A DNA stretch of 64,000 nucleotides, from positions 1-64,000 of the forward strand of contig MU626359.1 in assembly GCA_025603075.1 (NCBI GenBank). Direction: 5' to 3'. Positions 25,645 through 36,796 of the stretch are shown here, piece by piece. The notes beneath the pieces were generated by a model. It was given only the letters and a program-made list of their open reading frames with translations, had not been told where the DNA came from and made no database searches. Made by a program: the position numbers and the translations under genes. The number at the start of each line of letters is the position of its first letter. The first letter of the stretch is position 1. The DNA comes from Neoconidiobolus thromboides FSU 785 (Eukaryota > Fungi > Entomophthoromycota).

Positions 25645-26518
25645 ATGAATCTTGAAATCATAATAATAATTGTTGTAATATCCATACTATTAATCATTGT
25701 AATAACCATAATAGCAATTAAATGTTACCAATCAAAGAGACAACAAAGATTACGACAGGAGATAGCGGAAGAGGAAATGCGAGTATTGAACTATGAGCAT
25801 AATCGTAAAAGGAAAGAAGAAGATACTAGTAATTTAGAAGGGGATGCTGAATCGAGTGGGAAGATGTATTGGGAATTTTCATTAACATCAGAAAATTATA
25901 CTAGAATTCAAGTTACAAATCGAATTAATATTATCTTTTTATCAATGTGCAGTTTACAAACTCAATTACCTTTGTTGCCCATTTCGCATTGTAATTATTT
26001 TGAGATCTTTTTTTTGAAATTAGATGAAAACGCTAAACCATTTATTGGATTGGCGGCTAAGCAGAATAATTTAGAGTGTATCCCAGGTAATTAATTTATT
26101 TCATTGACTATCATCTTTATTAACGAATTTTTACTTAGGTGAAGAAAAAGAAAGTTTTGGATTAAGCATTAGCGAAGGGGTGATTCTAAAAGAAGGTAAA
26201 AAAAGCAGGAAAAAAGAAATTGAACGTATTGAATCGGGGGATATAATTGGATGTTTTTATAATCCATTTAAACAATTATTCTATTTTACATATAATGGTT
26301 TGCCTTTAAAAAAACATAAGTTCGTTACAAATCAACTAAGATTGTATCCTACGATTTATGCTAATTCTAGCTGTAAGATTCAATACAATTTTGGTGCAGT
26401 TCCATTCGCTTTTAAATTAGCAAACTCTTTACATTATGGTATTGCTTCACACTCAGTGTATGATATTACGCCTCCAGAATATTTGCGGTTTAATAACCAT
26501 GCTTCATTTGATGTATAA
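25645..26518 (+). CDS. SSH4/EAR1-like SPRY protein, paralog 3 (exons 25645-26086, 26139-26518)
   Basis: TM, YFEI, FIGLA, GDIIGC, FTYNG, YPTIYA, YNFG, PPEY; same intron position. Confidence 0.85.
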
Positions 26519-27074
26519 TAAATTTAACTGTATTTAAATTAAATGCTGTTCTTTAATTCCACCTATTTAGATCAAGCTTGAACTATTTAGTCTAAATCTA
26601 ACAGTCATTGGTCAAAAATTTCTTTTTGACAAGAAGAAATTTTGCTTGAATTAGTTATTATTTTGTTCAAACTTGACTTCAATTTTAATTTTTAAATAAT
26701 TAATCAGTTAATCTCAAATGTGATCTGAGTTTAAATGTTTCAATTTCCAAATTAACCTACCAACTTTAAAAATAAATATAAATCCCACAACCTAAAAACG
26801 TGACTTTGTTAACCGCGATGCAACAAATCAGAAATTTTATCTTTGTATTTTGATTGAACAATTCTCAGGCATCTTAAAGTTAGTTATTGAATGAAATGAA
26901 CCTTATTCTTTACCTCGTTCCCGATGTCGAGATAAGTCTCGCCAAAGAGGCTGATCTTGTTCCCAATTCAACATAACATTCAATGTTATTGAGATATTGA
27001 ATGAGATTGTATATTTTTATACAAAATAATAATAATTAAAAAATACTTTGATAATCTCATTTTATTTATTACAA

Positions 27075-29252
27075 CTAAAATAATTTTGATGCTTTGATCC
27101 AGTGATAACCTAAGTTATATGGCAATTGAGGCAGTATCTCATTTGTATATACACGATCAGTAGGAACATAGTTTAAATACTCCATTGGCATAGTAGAGTT
27201 ATAAATAGTTAAAGACTTTGGATTGTTACTTTTGACTAAATATTGTTCTCTTAAAGTAAAAGTAAATTGAGTTGCTAAAGGAAAAATCTCAGGGATAATT
27301 GATTTATAATTTGTATTAAATTTCAAACGTAAATTTTCAATATCTTCAATTAGTTTATCATAAATATATAATTGACCACCTTCCATATTATGAGGAGATA
27401 CTTGATTTGTATTCATATTATGACCATCTGTATAAATAATCTTTATTTTTGGGTTATTAAATTGAATGAAACCATTTAATAACGTAGAACATGAAGATAA
27501 ACAAATACCGTTAGTTAATATCATTAAATTTTCTAATTGAAATGGGAACTTTTGATTATTTAACTCACTTTTAGGGCACTTATCCATAAAATAATTGGAA
27601 AGTACTTGATAATTGCTGTTACTATTTGCTATTAATTGATTAACATTTAAACTTTTATCTTTATTATTGTTGACATATTCCATTAAATTGACATTAATAT
27701 TTTTACTTCTTTCTGTTAAATATCCTGGCGTTAACCAAGAGTTATTATTATATTGTTTGTTATTTATATCTATCCAATTGTTTGAACCCCAAACTCGGTG
27801 GTTTTGTTTGTTTTGTACTGAAGCTGATTCTGCTAATAAATTGGCCAATAACGTATTTTTCATTCTTGTAGTGTATTGTACATGATGATTGGAATTTGAT
27901 TTATTTATAGCATTATGATTTAACTCATTGCTGCTATCTTCATTATCACTTTCTTGGTTGTTAATGTAATCTAATAAAGACAACGATGTACAAATAGGAC
28001 CACCAGTATTATAAGATACATCAATGATTAATTTGGTACACTTTAAATTTGCCAGTTTAACAAAAGATTTATGAATCATGGACTGAAACTCATTTAGCTG
28101 ATCAACTGAGTTTACTTCGTTAGTTGGTAATAGTAACACGGCTATATTGTCTTGTTTTAATATTAAAGTCGTATAGTAAATATTTGAATCGACAATTATA
28201 TAATTTAAAGGTGGATTCTCCCTTAAATAACCTTTAATACTCATTGAGTTTACATTTAATTCATTATTATATAGCATATTTGAGTTTAGTTCATTATTAA
28301 TAATACTATTATAATTCAATTCTACTTCATTAGAATCATTATTGCTATTATCCGACTGAGAAGATATTAAATTGGAACTAAAACAATATTTGTCAAAATA
28401 ATCATGAGCTGAATCAAAACTTAAATTTCCTTCACCGACATAGGGTAAAGTAATCGAATCTTTAGAATTATTGTATGTAATTTTTAATTGATTATATAAA
28501 GGCATTTCCGCAGGTGCTGAAAATTCACCGTAATTTAATTTCAATTCTTTGTTAGAAATAGTAGAATGGCTCATTAAATAGTTGAATCTAGTACTCGAAT
28601 CTTTAATAACCCCATTTCTTTGTACCATAGTCAATAAAAACGATAAGACAGATTGATCATTAATTTTATCAATTTGAATAGAGTTTAAAGTGGCAGGATC
28701 AATATTTCTTTGTTTGAACCAGGAGGTCTTAAATTTGGGATTAACCTGAGCTATTATTTTGATCGTATTATTAGTATAAATGGGATGCAACATTAATGGG
28801 AAATAAAAATTGAAATGGCTAAAACAATGAACTTTAAATGTTAAATGGCCATCCTTAGGTAATAAAAATAGACTAGTTAAATTATTATAAAATTCAAATT
28901 CACTACCAAAATGTTTTGCTTCAAGCTGATTGATCTCATTTTCAAAGCTAAATTTCATACCAGTTTTAGCTTGATGACTGTCTTGACTCACTAAATCATT
29001 GAACACATACAACGGTAATACTTTTTTAATGTTCTCTAAATATTTTTGTTTTCGTACTTGATTCATTTCAAACATATTATAACAATTAATTACATCGTCT
29101 ACAGAAATATTACTAAATACTTCCTTCATACTTAAGCTTTTACAATAATCCGGTCCACCTTTTACTTTAATTTGTTTTAACTCACTGGTAGAAATTTGAT
29201 ATGGATTTACATTGAACAAAACACCAAACAACAATGGTAAAACGAACTTCAT
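27075..29252 (-). CDS. Secreted S41-family (tail-specific protease-like) peptidase
   Basis: 725-aa ORF, signal peptide, KDGHL, LIIDVSYNTGG, ILTNGICLSSCS (candidate catalytic Ser) motifs typical of fungal S41 proteins. Confidence 0.75.
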   Translation of the reverse strand: MKFVLPLLFGVLFNVNPYQISTSELKQIKVKGGPDYCKSLSMKEVFSNISVDDVINCYNMFEMNQVRKQKYLENIKKVLPLYVFNDLVSQDSHQAKTGMKFSFENEINQLEAKHFGSEFEFYNNLTSLFLLPKDGHLTFKVHCFSHFNFYFPLMLHPIYTNNTIKIIAQVNPKFKTSWFKQRNIDPATLNSIQIDKINDQSVLSFLLTMVQRNGVIKDSSTRFNYLMSHSTISNKELKLNYGEFSAPAEMPLYNQLKITYNNSKDSITLPYVGEGNLSFDSAHDYFDKYCFSSNLISSQSDNSNNDSNEVELNYNSIINNELNSNMLYNNELNVNSMSIKGYLRENPPLNYIIVDSNIYYTTLILKQDNIAVLLLPTNEVNSVDQLNEFQSMIHKSFVKLANLKCTKLIIDVSYNTGGPICTSLSLLDYINNQESDNEDSSNELNHNAINKSNSNHHVQYTTRMKNTLLANLLAESASVQNKQNHRVWGSNNWIDINNKQYNNNSWLTPGYLTERSKNINVNLMEYVNNNKDKSLNVNQLIANSNSNYQVLSNYFMDKCPKSELNNQKFPFQLENLMILTNGICLSSCSTLLNGFIQFNNPKIKIIYTDGHNMNTNQVSPHNMEGGQLYIYDKLIEDIENLRLKFNTNYKSIIPEIFPLATQFTFTLREQYLVKSNNPKSLTIYNSTMPMEYLNYVPTDRVYTNEILPQLPYNLGYHWIKASKLF

Positions 29253-29574
29253 GCTTTTTACAATAGTAATAAAGATAACAAAACAATTTTTTACACTGAA
29301 AATAAACTATTACTTTCATTTATACTTTTCAATTTAAATATCAAGTATTTCAATATAGTCAAAAGTAATATTCTACATGTCAACATTAATATTCTTTTAA
29401 TGAAAATCTTTTCATTGTAAACTTAATTTTATTTTTAGCTTTTCGATACTCAAAAATAATGATTAAACGATCTCCCCTATCAACTAAAGATAATTAAATC
29501 ATTTTTAAACTAATATATTTTTGTATTTTTAACATGTAAATTTATAATAAAAATAATCTCTAAAAAAGAAGCCT

Positions 29575-29646
29575 GGCTAGCTGGCGCAATGGTAGCGCGT
29601 TGGACTCCAGATCTAGAGGTTAGAGGTTCGACTCCTCTGCTGGTCA
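29575..29646 (+). tRNA. tRNA-Trp(CCA): tRNA-Trp (CCA), copy 2
   Basis: Identical to 18115-18186; T6 terminator. Confidence 0.95.
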
Positions 29647-29765
29647 ACTTTTTTGAAGTAAATATATATGTTCTTTTTCTTTTTTATTAAATTTAAATGA
29701 GTAAGCAAATTAGAAATCGATGCTTATCTTCCATTATTTCAAGGTATTAAACCGAAAAAAACAGT

Positions 29766-29867
29766 ATTTGAGAATGTATCTTTTTATTTAAGGATTTTAT
29801 TAACAGTTTTTCCACTCAAATAGCGATTAGAAATAGAAGAAGTGATGAAACTAAAGACATCCCTGTT
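29766..29867 (+). mobile_element. MITE copy 10, degenerate
   Basis: Core TTTTTCCACTCAAATAGCG retained, ends eroded. Confidence 0.7.
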
Positions 29868-29902
29868 CAATTATTTTAGATGTTGATTATTAATTAATTA
29901 TT

Positions 29903-30006
29903 ATAAGGAGTGTTTTTTGGCTTCATTGCTTTTTCCACCTTTTAAACACTATTTGAGTAGAAAAATTGTTAGTAAAATCCTTAAATGTAGAGAAACATCC
30001 CCATAT
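29903..30006 (-). mobile_element. MITE copy 11
   Basis: Core plus ACATCCCC-ATAT end. Confidence 0.8.
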
Positions 30007-31009
30007 ACTGTAAACATTCATATCAAACTATGAAAATTGACTCCAGATTGATAGTTTAGATATTTGACTCTTACATTAGTCATATTTTATCATTTTCTGA
30101 TACTTTTTATATTTAGTTTATTTCGGTTAATAAAAAATTTAGGACATTACTCTTTGTTAATATTTAGACAATGATATTTCAGCTCTGTATTGAAAAAATG
30201 AATAAAAGAATTTGATAAGAAAGACTTCACTATACTTATTAATTGATTGATTAGTTTGAGATCTATCTTTATTTTTTTATTTTATACAATTATTTTTTGC
30301 TTTTTCAGCTTGAAAATGATTAAAACCATATATATTAAAATACATAAAATAGCCGTTTTTAAAATTTTAAAAACACATATGATTAGACACATTCAACATT
30401 AGAGGCTGTATATGTTTAATATAGAAAACTTTCAAACTTCTATTTTCTATTAGAAATTAAAAGTTAAAGCTTAAAAATTTTAAAAATGAAACAAAGACAC
30501 TCTTGAGACGTAATAATAATTTTAGAATATCATTGCACAAGATAGTAAAACAGTATGAAAATGATTCAATAGATTTAAATTGTTGAAATGAACAACCTTG
30601 ATATCATTCAATTTTTATAATATAATGATTTTATTTCTTACTTTTTTAATAATTTATTAATCAGAATAATTAAAAAATATAGTTTTTATTATGGAAAATT
30701 ATTATTAAAATAGACTGTTGTTACTTCCCAAAAATGATTTTAAAATTCTTTGTCTCCTTTAGATAGCAAGTGCCAATTCAAATAAAGCTTGATAAATCAA
30801 ACTTCAGAATCCCATAATTTAACCTTAACTAAAAATTAACCTATAGTCGAACCCCATATGATAAAATATGTTCTAGAATCGGTTGTCCAATAGAATACGA
30901 AAATTCGATCGGTAAACCAATAATGCTTAGAATCAAGCTGCCTGATTCCTAAGTTAACTATAAGTATCCCCGCAGGACTTCCTAAAGTTTTTACTTTTCA
31001 ACTTTTTTT

Positions 31010-31082
31010 AAAGCAAACAAAAAAAACTGAAAAAAAACCCAAAAAATAAAAAAGAATTTAAACTCTAAAAAAAAATAAAAAA
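31010..31082 (+). promoter_or_regulatory. A-rich tract immediately upstream of PAB1 ATG (candidate autoregulatory 5' UTR element)
   Basis: 54 of 73 nt are A by my count, ending 2 nt before the start codon. Confidence 0.55.
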
Positions 31083-31084
31083 TT

Positions 31085-32890
31085 ATGTCTACCTCAGTAC
31101 AGCCAACCAGCACCCCTGTTGCTTCCCAAAATGCCTCCGATGCTACTGCTGCCCCAGCTAGCCAAACTACCACTGGTACCGCTCAACCAACTGGTTCCCT
31201 TTATGTCGGCGACCTTTCGGAGTACGTTGCCGAGTCCCACCTTTTCGACTATTTCAACATGATCGGTCCTGTTGCTAGCATCCGTGTTTGCCGTGATGCT
31301 AATACCCGTCGTTCTCTTGGTTACGCTTATGTTAACTACCATAACGTTTCCGATGCTGAACGCGCCATTGAAGCCTTGAACTATACTCCAATTCAAGGTA
31401 AGATCTGTCGCATTATGTGGTCCCAACGTGACCCATCTCTCCGTAAGATTGGTACCGGTAATGTTTTCATCAAGAACCTTGACCCTTCCATTGACAACAA
31501 GGCTCTTCATGATACCTTTACCGCCTTCGGTAAAATTCTTTCTTGTAAAGTTGTAACCGAAAACGGAAAGTCTAAAGGTTATGGTTTTGTCCATTTCGAT
31601 AAATACGATGATGCTGAAGCTGCCATTCAAAATGTAAATGGTATGTTACTTAATGATCTTATTGTTTATGTTGGTCACCACCAAAGCTCTAAAGAGCGTG
31701 CTTCAAAAGCTGATGAAGCCAAGAAAATTTTTACCAATGTCTATGTAAAGAACATTGATCCATCTGTTACTGACGATCAATTAAACGAGTTATTTAGTCA
31801 ACAAGGTCCAGTTACTTCAGCTCTTGTAAGTCGTACTGAAGATGGTAAGTCTAAAGAATTTGGTTTTGTCAACTTTGAGAATCACGAGGATGCTATGAAG
31901 GCTATTGAGAACCTCCATGAACACGAACTTGCTGGAAAGAAGATTTTTGTTTGTCGTGCCCAAAAGAAAAATGAACGTGAACAAGAACTTCGTAAACAAT
32001 TCGAACAGTTCAAGGAGGATAAGGCTGCTAAATCCCAAGGTGTTAACCTTTATGTTAAGAATCTTGATGACAACATTGACGATGAAAAACTTAGAGAAGC
32101 TTTTACTCCTTATGGTACTATTACCAGCTGCAAAGTCATGAGCGATGACAAGAAAGTTTCTAAAGGTTTTGGATTTGTTGCTTTCTCCACTACTGAAGAA
32201 GCCAGCAAAGCTCTTGCTGAAATGAACAATCGTATGCTTGGTAATAAACCACTTTATGTTGGTTATGCCCAACGTAAAGATGAGCGTAGAGCTATCTTAG
32301 AAGCTCAACGTAGTACTCGTATCCCATCTGGAATTCCAGCTCCTATGTACCCTAACACTGCTATCTTTTACCCACCAAATCCAGCTTACCCACCTCAAGG
32401 ACAACGTGGTATGGTCTATGGCCAACCCGGTATGATGGCTCCACGTAACCGTTGGAATGGACAACAACAAATCCAAGGTCAATACGTACCTAATGGTGTT
32501 GGCGCTGCTCCTCATGCCTATGCTCAAGGTCGTGCTCCACGTCAACCACGTCAAAATCCTCCTCGTACTAACACCACTAACCGTCAGCCATTCCCTAACA
32601 ATGCTATCCAAAGCCCTACCCAAGCTCAAGCTCCAGTTGAAGATGGTCAAGCTGCTGCTTCTGGTTTAACTGCTGCTGCCCTTGCTTCTGCTTCCCCTGA
32701 AGAACAAAAGCAAATGATCGGTGAACAACTTTTCCCCTTAATTTTTGCCCATAATGAAGAACATGCTGGTAAGATCACTGGTATGCTTTTAGAAATGGAT
32801 AATGATGAACTTCTTCATCTTATCGATAGCCCAGAAGCTTTAGAACAAAAAGTCTCAGAAGCTTTATCCGTTCTTGAGCAACATGCTTAA
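31085..32890 (+). CDS. PAB1: Polyadenylate-binding protein
   Basis: Four RRMs (SLYVGDL, RSLGYAYVNY, NVFIKNL, KGYGFVHF, NLYVKNL), P/Q/G linker, C-terminal MLLE/PABC (KITGMLLEMD); strong codon bias. Confidence 0.98.
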   Translation: MSTSVQPTSTPVASQNASDATAAPASQTTTGTAQPTGSLYVGDLSEYVAESHLFDYFNMIGPVASIRVCRDANTRRSLGYAYVNYHNVSDAERAIEALNYTPIQGKICRIMWSQRDPSLRKIGTGNVFIKNLDPSIDNKALHDTFTAFGKILSCKVVTENGKSKGYGFVHFDKYDDAEAAIQNVNGMLLNDLIVYVGHHQSSKERASKADEAKKIFTNVYVKNIDPSVTDDQLNELFSQQGPVTSALVSRTEDGKSKEFGFVNFENHEDAMKAIENLHEHELAGKKIFVCRAQKKNEREQELRKQFEQFKEDKAAKSQGVNLYVKNLDDNIDDEKLREAFTPYGTITSCKVMSDDKKVSKGFGFVAFSTTEEASKALAEMNNRMLGNKPLYVGYAQRKDERRAILEAQRSTRIPSGIPAPMYPNTAIFYPPNPAYPPQGQRGMVYGQPGMMAPRNRWNGQQQIQGQYVPNGVGAAPHAYAQGRAPRQPRQNPPRTNTTNRQPFPNNAIQSPTQAQAPVEDGQAAASGLTAAALASASPEEQKQMIGEQLFPLIFAHNEEHAGKITGMLLEMDNDELLHLIDSPEALEQKVSEALSVLEQHA

Positions 32891-33167
32891 TTTTCTTAAA
32901 TCCCCATTTTTTAACTTTATTATAACTTTTTCATGTCCTACCTTTTTTGAGAATTTTTCTTTAATAGAGCCCCAAGTAAACTAAAAAATCTCATTTTTAT
33001 AATCATTTTATTGTTTTTATTAAATTATTTTGATATGCTTTTAACCAATTTATTTTCAAAATTTATTTTTATTATTCATGTTAAAGTTTAATATTTAAAA
33101 TAGAATATTTCAATTTTACAGTTATTATAGAAATGTCTAATATCAAAACAATCAATTATTTTTCAAT

Positions 33168-33257
33168 ATATGGGAGTGTTTTTTTTGACTTCATTATTTT
33201 TTCCATTTTTAAGCGCTATTTAAGCGGAAAATTTTTTAGTATAATTTTATAAAAAAC
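33168..33257 (-). mobile_element. MITE copy 12a, one end missing
   Basis: ATAT-GGGAGTGTTTTTTTTG and core, runs directly into copy 12b. Confidence 0.8.
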
Positions 33258-33292
33258 AAATGGGGATGTATTTTTGTGTTTAAGAGTTTAAC
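33258..33292 (+). mobile_element. MITE copy 12b, left-end fragment
   Basis: GGGGATGTATTTTTGTGTTTAAGAGTTTAAC then similarity stops. Confidence 0.75.
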
Positions 33293-33551
33293 AGATGAGT
33301 CTCTGTTTGAAAAGTGAATTAGAATAAAAAAGCGAATTTATTGAACTAAAGTTGAGAAAAGTAAAATAAAATAAATACTACAAAATAAAGCACTGTTTAA
33401 ATATAGCCAAAATACAAATAAAATTACAATACATAAAAGTAACTCCTTTGATCAAATACGTTCACATTTTTATTTCAGTTTTTTTATATATTTAAAAATA
33501 GGCTAATAAAAAAGAATAAAAATTCAATGTTTTTTAAGTGGAAGGATTGAT

Positions 33552-34862
33552 TTAAATTACAGAACAATTAGAAGAATCAAGATGACGTGAGAGAGCATCT
33601 CGACGTTGGAAAGATCTACCACATTGAGGGCAATCATAATGGGTGACATCTTTGTTATGGACTTTAGTAATATGTCGAGCTAAATCATGTTTTCGATCAA
33701 ATCTTTTACTACAAATTTCACAACACCAAGCTTTAATACGGTGAGGATCATGAGTAATCATATGGGTTTTTAAATTATATTGTCTTGCAAAGACCAATTT
33801 ACACCCTGGGTATTGGCATGGGAATTTTTTAACTTCTTTTGTCTTTTCTTTACCTTCTACTCTTCTTCTCTCTACTGACTTTTGGGTTGTATCAACCTTA
33901 GGTGCTAACCATTGAAGCTCAGAAGCTTTTTTTGTGGTTTCGTTTAATTCTTCCGAAGTACTAAATAAAGATGTAGGTTCTAAAAATAATGAATTACCAA
34001 AGTTGCTCATAATGTCGTTAATTAATGGCTCCTCATTGCCATCGACAGTTTCTTTTTCCATCTTGTTTATTTCAGATACGGTTTTTCTAAGCTTATTTAA
34101 TCCAAGGGAAGAATCAAAGATTTTAGGAGAAGGTTGAATTAATTCACTTTGTTGATGGTCGTTGTTAAACAAAGGTTCATAATTTAGATTATTATATTGT
34201 AAAGGCTGATTAATCAATGGAGATGGTTGAGCTGTACCGATATAAGGAGAGAGTAATAAACTGTTAAGATTTGAAAAGTTATCAATTAGAGGAGTGTATG
34301 GAAGATTAGGATTATTAAAGATATTTCCAGAATCTATTACTGGTGTAAAAAAGGACTGAAAATTGGAGTAACCATGTGAAATGAATGGGGAGTAGCTGGT
34401 ATTATCTACAGGTGTATTTAAAGGTTGTGAAAGATGTGGTGAAAAAAGAGGTGGAACTTGGACATGGTTAAACTCAACGGAAGGTGAAATTAGAGGTTCT
34501 ATAAGTGGAAGTTGGCTATTGAACCCAACAGAAGGTTGGTTTAAACTTCCAGGTCCTTTAGAAAATGAGTCCAATCCAGAGCTTCCTTTGGACATTTCGT
34601 CCATTAAATAATCAGCAAACAAGCTTGGTCCATTATTAAAAAGAGGTTGTTCATCAAAAAGACCGGCACCCAAATCATTGATGTTGTATTGATCTTTAAG
34701 TAGAGGTGTTTCAAAATCATGCATCATAGGAGTACCATTTAGATCATTAAGTAAAGGGGTGCCATCAAAATCATACATTAAAGGGGTACCATCTTGAATG
34801 AGGGGAGTAGTGTCGTATGGGTTCATAATTTTGTAATTTTCTTTATTAGCGTTAGTATACAT
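33552..34862 (-). CDS. C2H2 zinc-finger transcription factor (three C-terminal fingers, Crz1-like finger arrangement)
   Basis: CQYPGC...H...H, CEIC...H...H, CPQC...H..C fingers; long low-complexity S/T-P-rich N-terminus. Confidence 0.85.
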   Translation of the reverse strand: MYTNANKENYKIMNPYDTTPLIQDGTPLMYDFDGTPLLNDLNGTPMMHDFETPLLKDQYNINDLGAGLFDEQPLFNNGPSLFADYLMDEMSKGSSGLDSFSKGPGSLNQPSVGFNSQLPLIEPLISPSVEFNHVQVPPLFSPHLSQPLNTPVDNTSYSPFISHGYSNFQSFFTPVIDSGNIFNNPNLPYTPLIDNFSNLNSLLLSPYIGTAQPSPLINQPLQYNNLNYEPLFNNDHQQSELIQPSPKIFDSSLGLNKLRKTVSEINKMEKETVDGNEEPLINDIMSNFGNSLFLEPTSLFSTSEELNETTKKASELQWLAPKVDTTQKSVERRRVEGKEKTKEVKKFPCQYPGCKLVFARQYNLKTHMITHDPHRIKAWCCEICSKRFDRKHDLARHITKVHNKDVTHYDCPQCGRSFQRRDALSRHLDSSNCSVI

Positions 34863-36281
34863 TAAGATGAGAAGATAGAAGAAGACTAAGTTGGTTTAAG
34901 TTTTCCTAAAACTTTTTTTATAAAAGCGAAATGGTATAAAATATGATAATTTTCGATAATGCATCTATCCTCACAATGGTGAGAGGAACGAAAGCAAAAG
35001 GTTGTAATTTATATCTTTCAAACTATCAAACTAAAAGGGTGATCCCAACTGTTAAATCAAAGGTTTAATGAGTTGAAATGAGTAATAATAAAAAAGATAG
35101 GTTTATGTATGAATTTAGTACTTACCGCAGCAGATCAACTAGATGTAATAGTAATAACTGCGCAGATAATAGGTGTATAAAATAAGAAAAAAATAAGTTG
35201 AGATTCACTTTTCTTAATCCTTGGAGCTTTTTAATTAGTGCAATAACTTAGAAGAACTCATAATCTAATTATGATTCGTGCATTTTATTTTTAGATTACA
35301 AATTAAAATTCAACAATAATTCATGGTAAAATTTCTAAATTTGGTTAAAAGCATTAATGGGCTATGGTTGATTGAGTTATTGTGATGAATTAGTCTGTGG
35401 ATTCATTCTAAATTTGCTTCAGATTTGATTTAAACGCAGAAGTGGGCATTTTTAATTTTCTATTTCTGGGGTTAATAATTATGATTTTTTCTATTCTTGT
35501 ATTAGCAAATACAAAAATAAAATTCTCAGTTTTACCTTTAAGTCGAATCAATAATACTTTCATCAAATTATTAAAATTTCATACTTTGGAAGTATGATAT
35601 TAAATAAACTTATTATCTTAGTAAGCAATAGTATTATCAATGGATATAAAATATAACAATGAAGCATTGTTTAATACAATCGACGCTTAAAAATCTCAAC
35701 ATTCTTAGAGATAGCACTAGGTTATATTGGAATTAAAAGTAGCTAATTATTTAAAGCAATAATATAAAATATATAGAAAAAATAGAATTACATGATTGTA
35801 AATTGTAAGGCACGATTTTATTAAATATTGGTATTCTTGGTTGAGAAAAATACCAACAAGATAAAGGCTTGTGATTATGAAAGGCTTTGGGTTATATACT
35901 AATGATGTTAAATGATACACTAATGTAATCATAATGGTATATCAAAAGCTTTAACATAATATATTTATTTTAATAATGTGAAAGTAAAAATGAATTAATA
36001 GTCTAAGATATTATTACTATGTTTAATCTATAAAATCTAGAGTATTTGGCAGGTTTTAGACTAATGGAGATTTATGTATTTATTATGAGTCATCTTTTGA
36101 AGAAACTCATTAATTTAGTTATATTTTATAAATCAGCCTTAAAAATGAAAAAGTATTTTAGTATTCATTTTATTTAATATACATGAAATTTTAATATGAT
36201 AGTGTAATAAGCTATTGAAATAAGATATCAATATTAAGAATTGATTTAATTGAGACAAAGTTATTACATAATGTAAGTAGT

Positions 36282-36388
36282 ATATGGGGATGTTTTTTTT
36301 GATTTCGTTACTTTTTCCATCTTTCAAGTGCTGTCTAAAGGGAAAGATTGTTGGTAAAATTCTTGAACACAAAAATACATCCCCATAT
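36282..36388 (-). mobile_element. MITE copy 13
   Basis: Both TIRs intact, ATAT/ATAT. Confidence 0.9.
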
Positions 36389-36796
36389 ATAGTTGTTATA
36401 TAATGCCTACAAAAACTGTCCTAAAAATTAAAACTCGAATTTGGATGTTCATTTCTTAATAATTAGCAATTGAAAGTATTTATTTTTTAGAACAATTTTT
36501 ATAGGCACTGTAGTATTGCTAAGTTTATACTCAATTAAACGTATTTTTAATATTTGATTATATAAAATAAGATATTGTTATTAATGTTCTATACCTTTTT
36601 ATTTATTTATTTATTGTATATTGTTCTTTGGATGATAAGATTAATTTTTACTCTGGTATAATATAGCTTAATCATTTTAATTGAAATAGTAATGAAGGGG
36701 AGTTTTTTAAATGATGATATTTATTTATAACAATTTCAATAATAAAGTAAAAAATTAGAAGACTAAGTAATTAAATATTAAAAGAAAATCACTTTC

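Noticed and set aside
27075-29252. S41 peptidase as a bacterial horizontal transfer
   Set aside because: S41-type proteins are widespread in fungi, and base composition and Asn-rich inserts match the host; being intronless is not sufficient evidence.
18115-29646. Two identical tRNA-Trp genes as boundaries of a duplicated or integrated segment
   Set aside because: Identity is limited to the tRNA body plus a few flanking bases; identical isoacceptor copies are normal; intervening genes look native.
31094-32669. Antisense and alternate-frame ORFs overlapping PAB1, and similar shadows over the repeat protein, S41, GH17 region and DUF4097 genes
   Set aside because: Expected by-products of codon bias and repeats in the real genes; no independent motifs.
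35050-35126. TACTTACC resembling the U1 snRNA 5' end
   Set aside because: No U1 stem-loops or Sm site follow; better explained as a minus-strand GTAAGT donor of a possible 5' UTR intron of the C2H2 gene.
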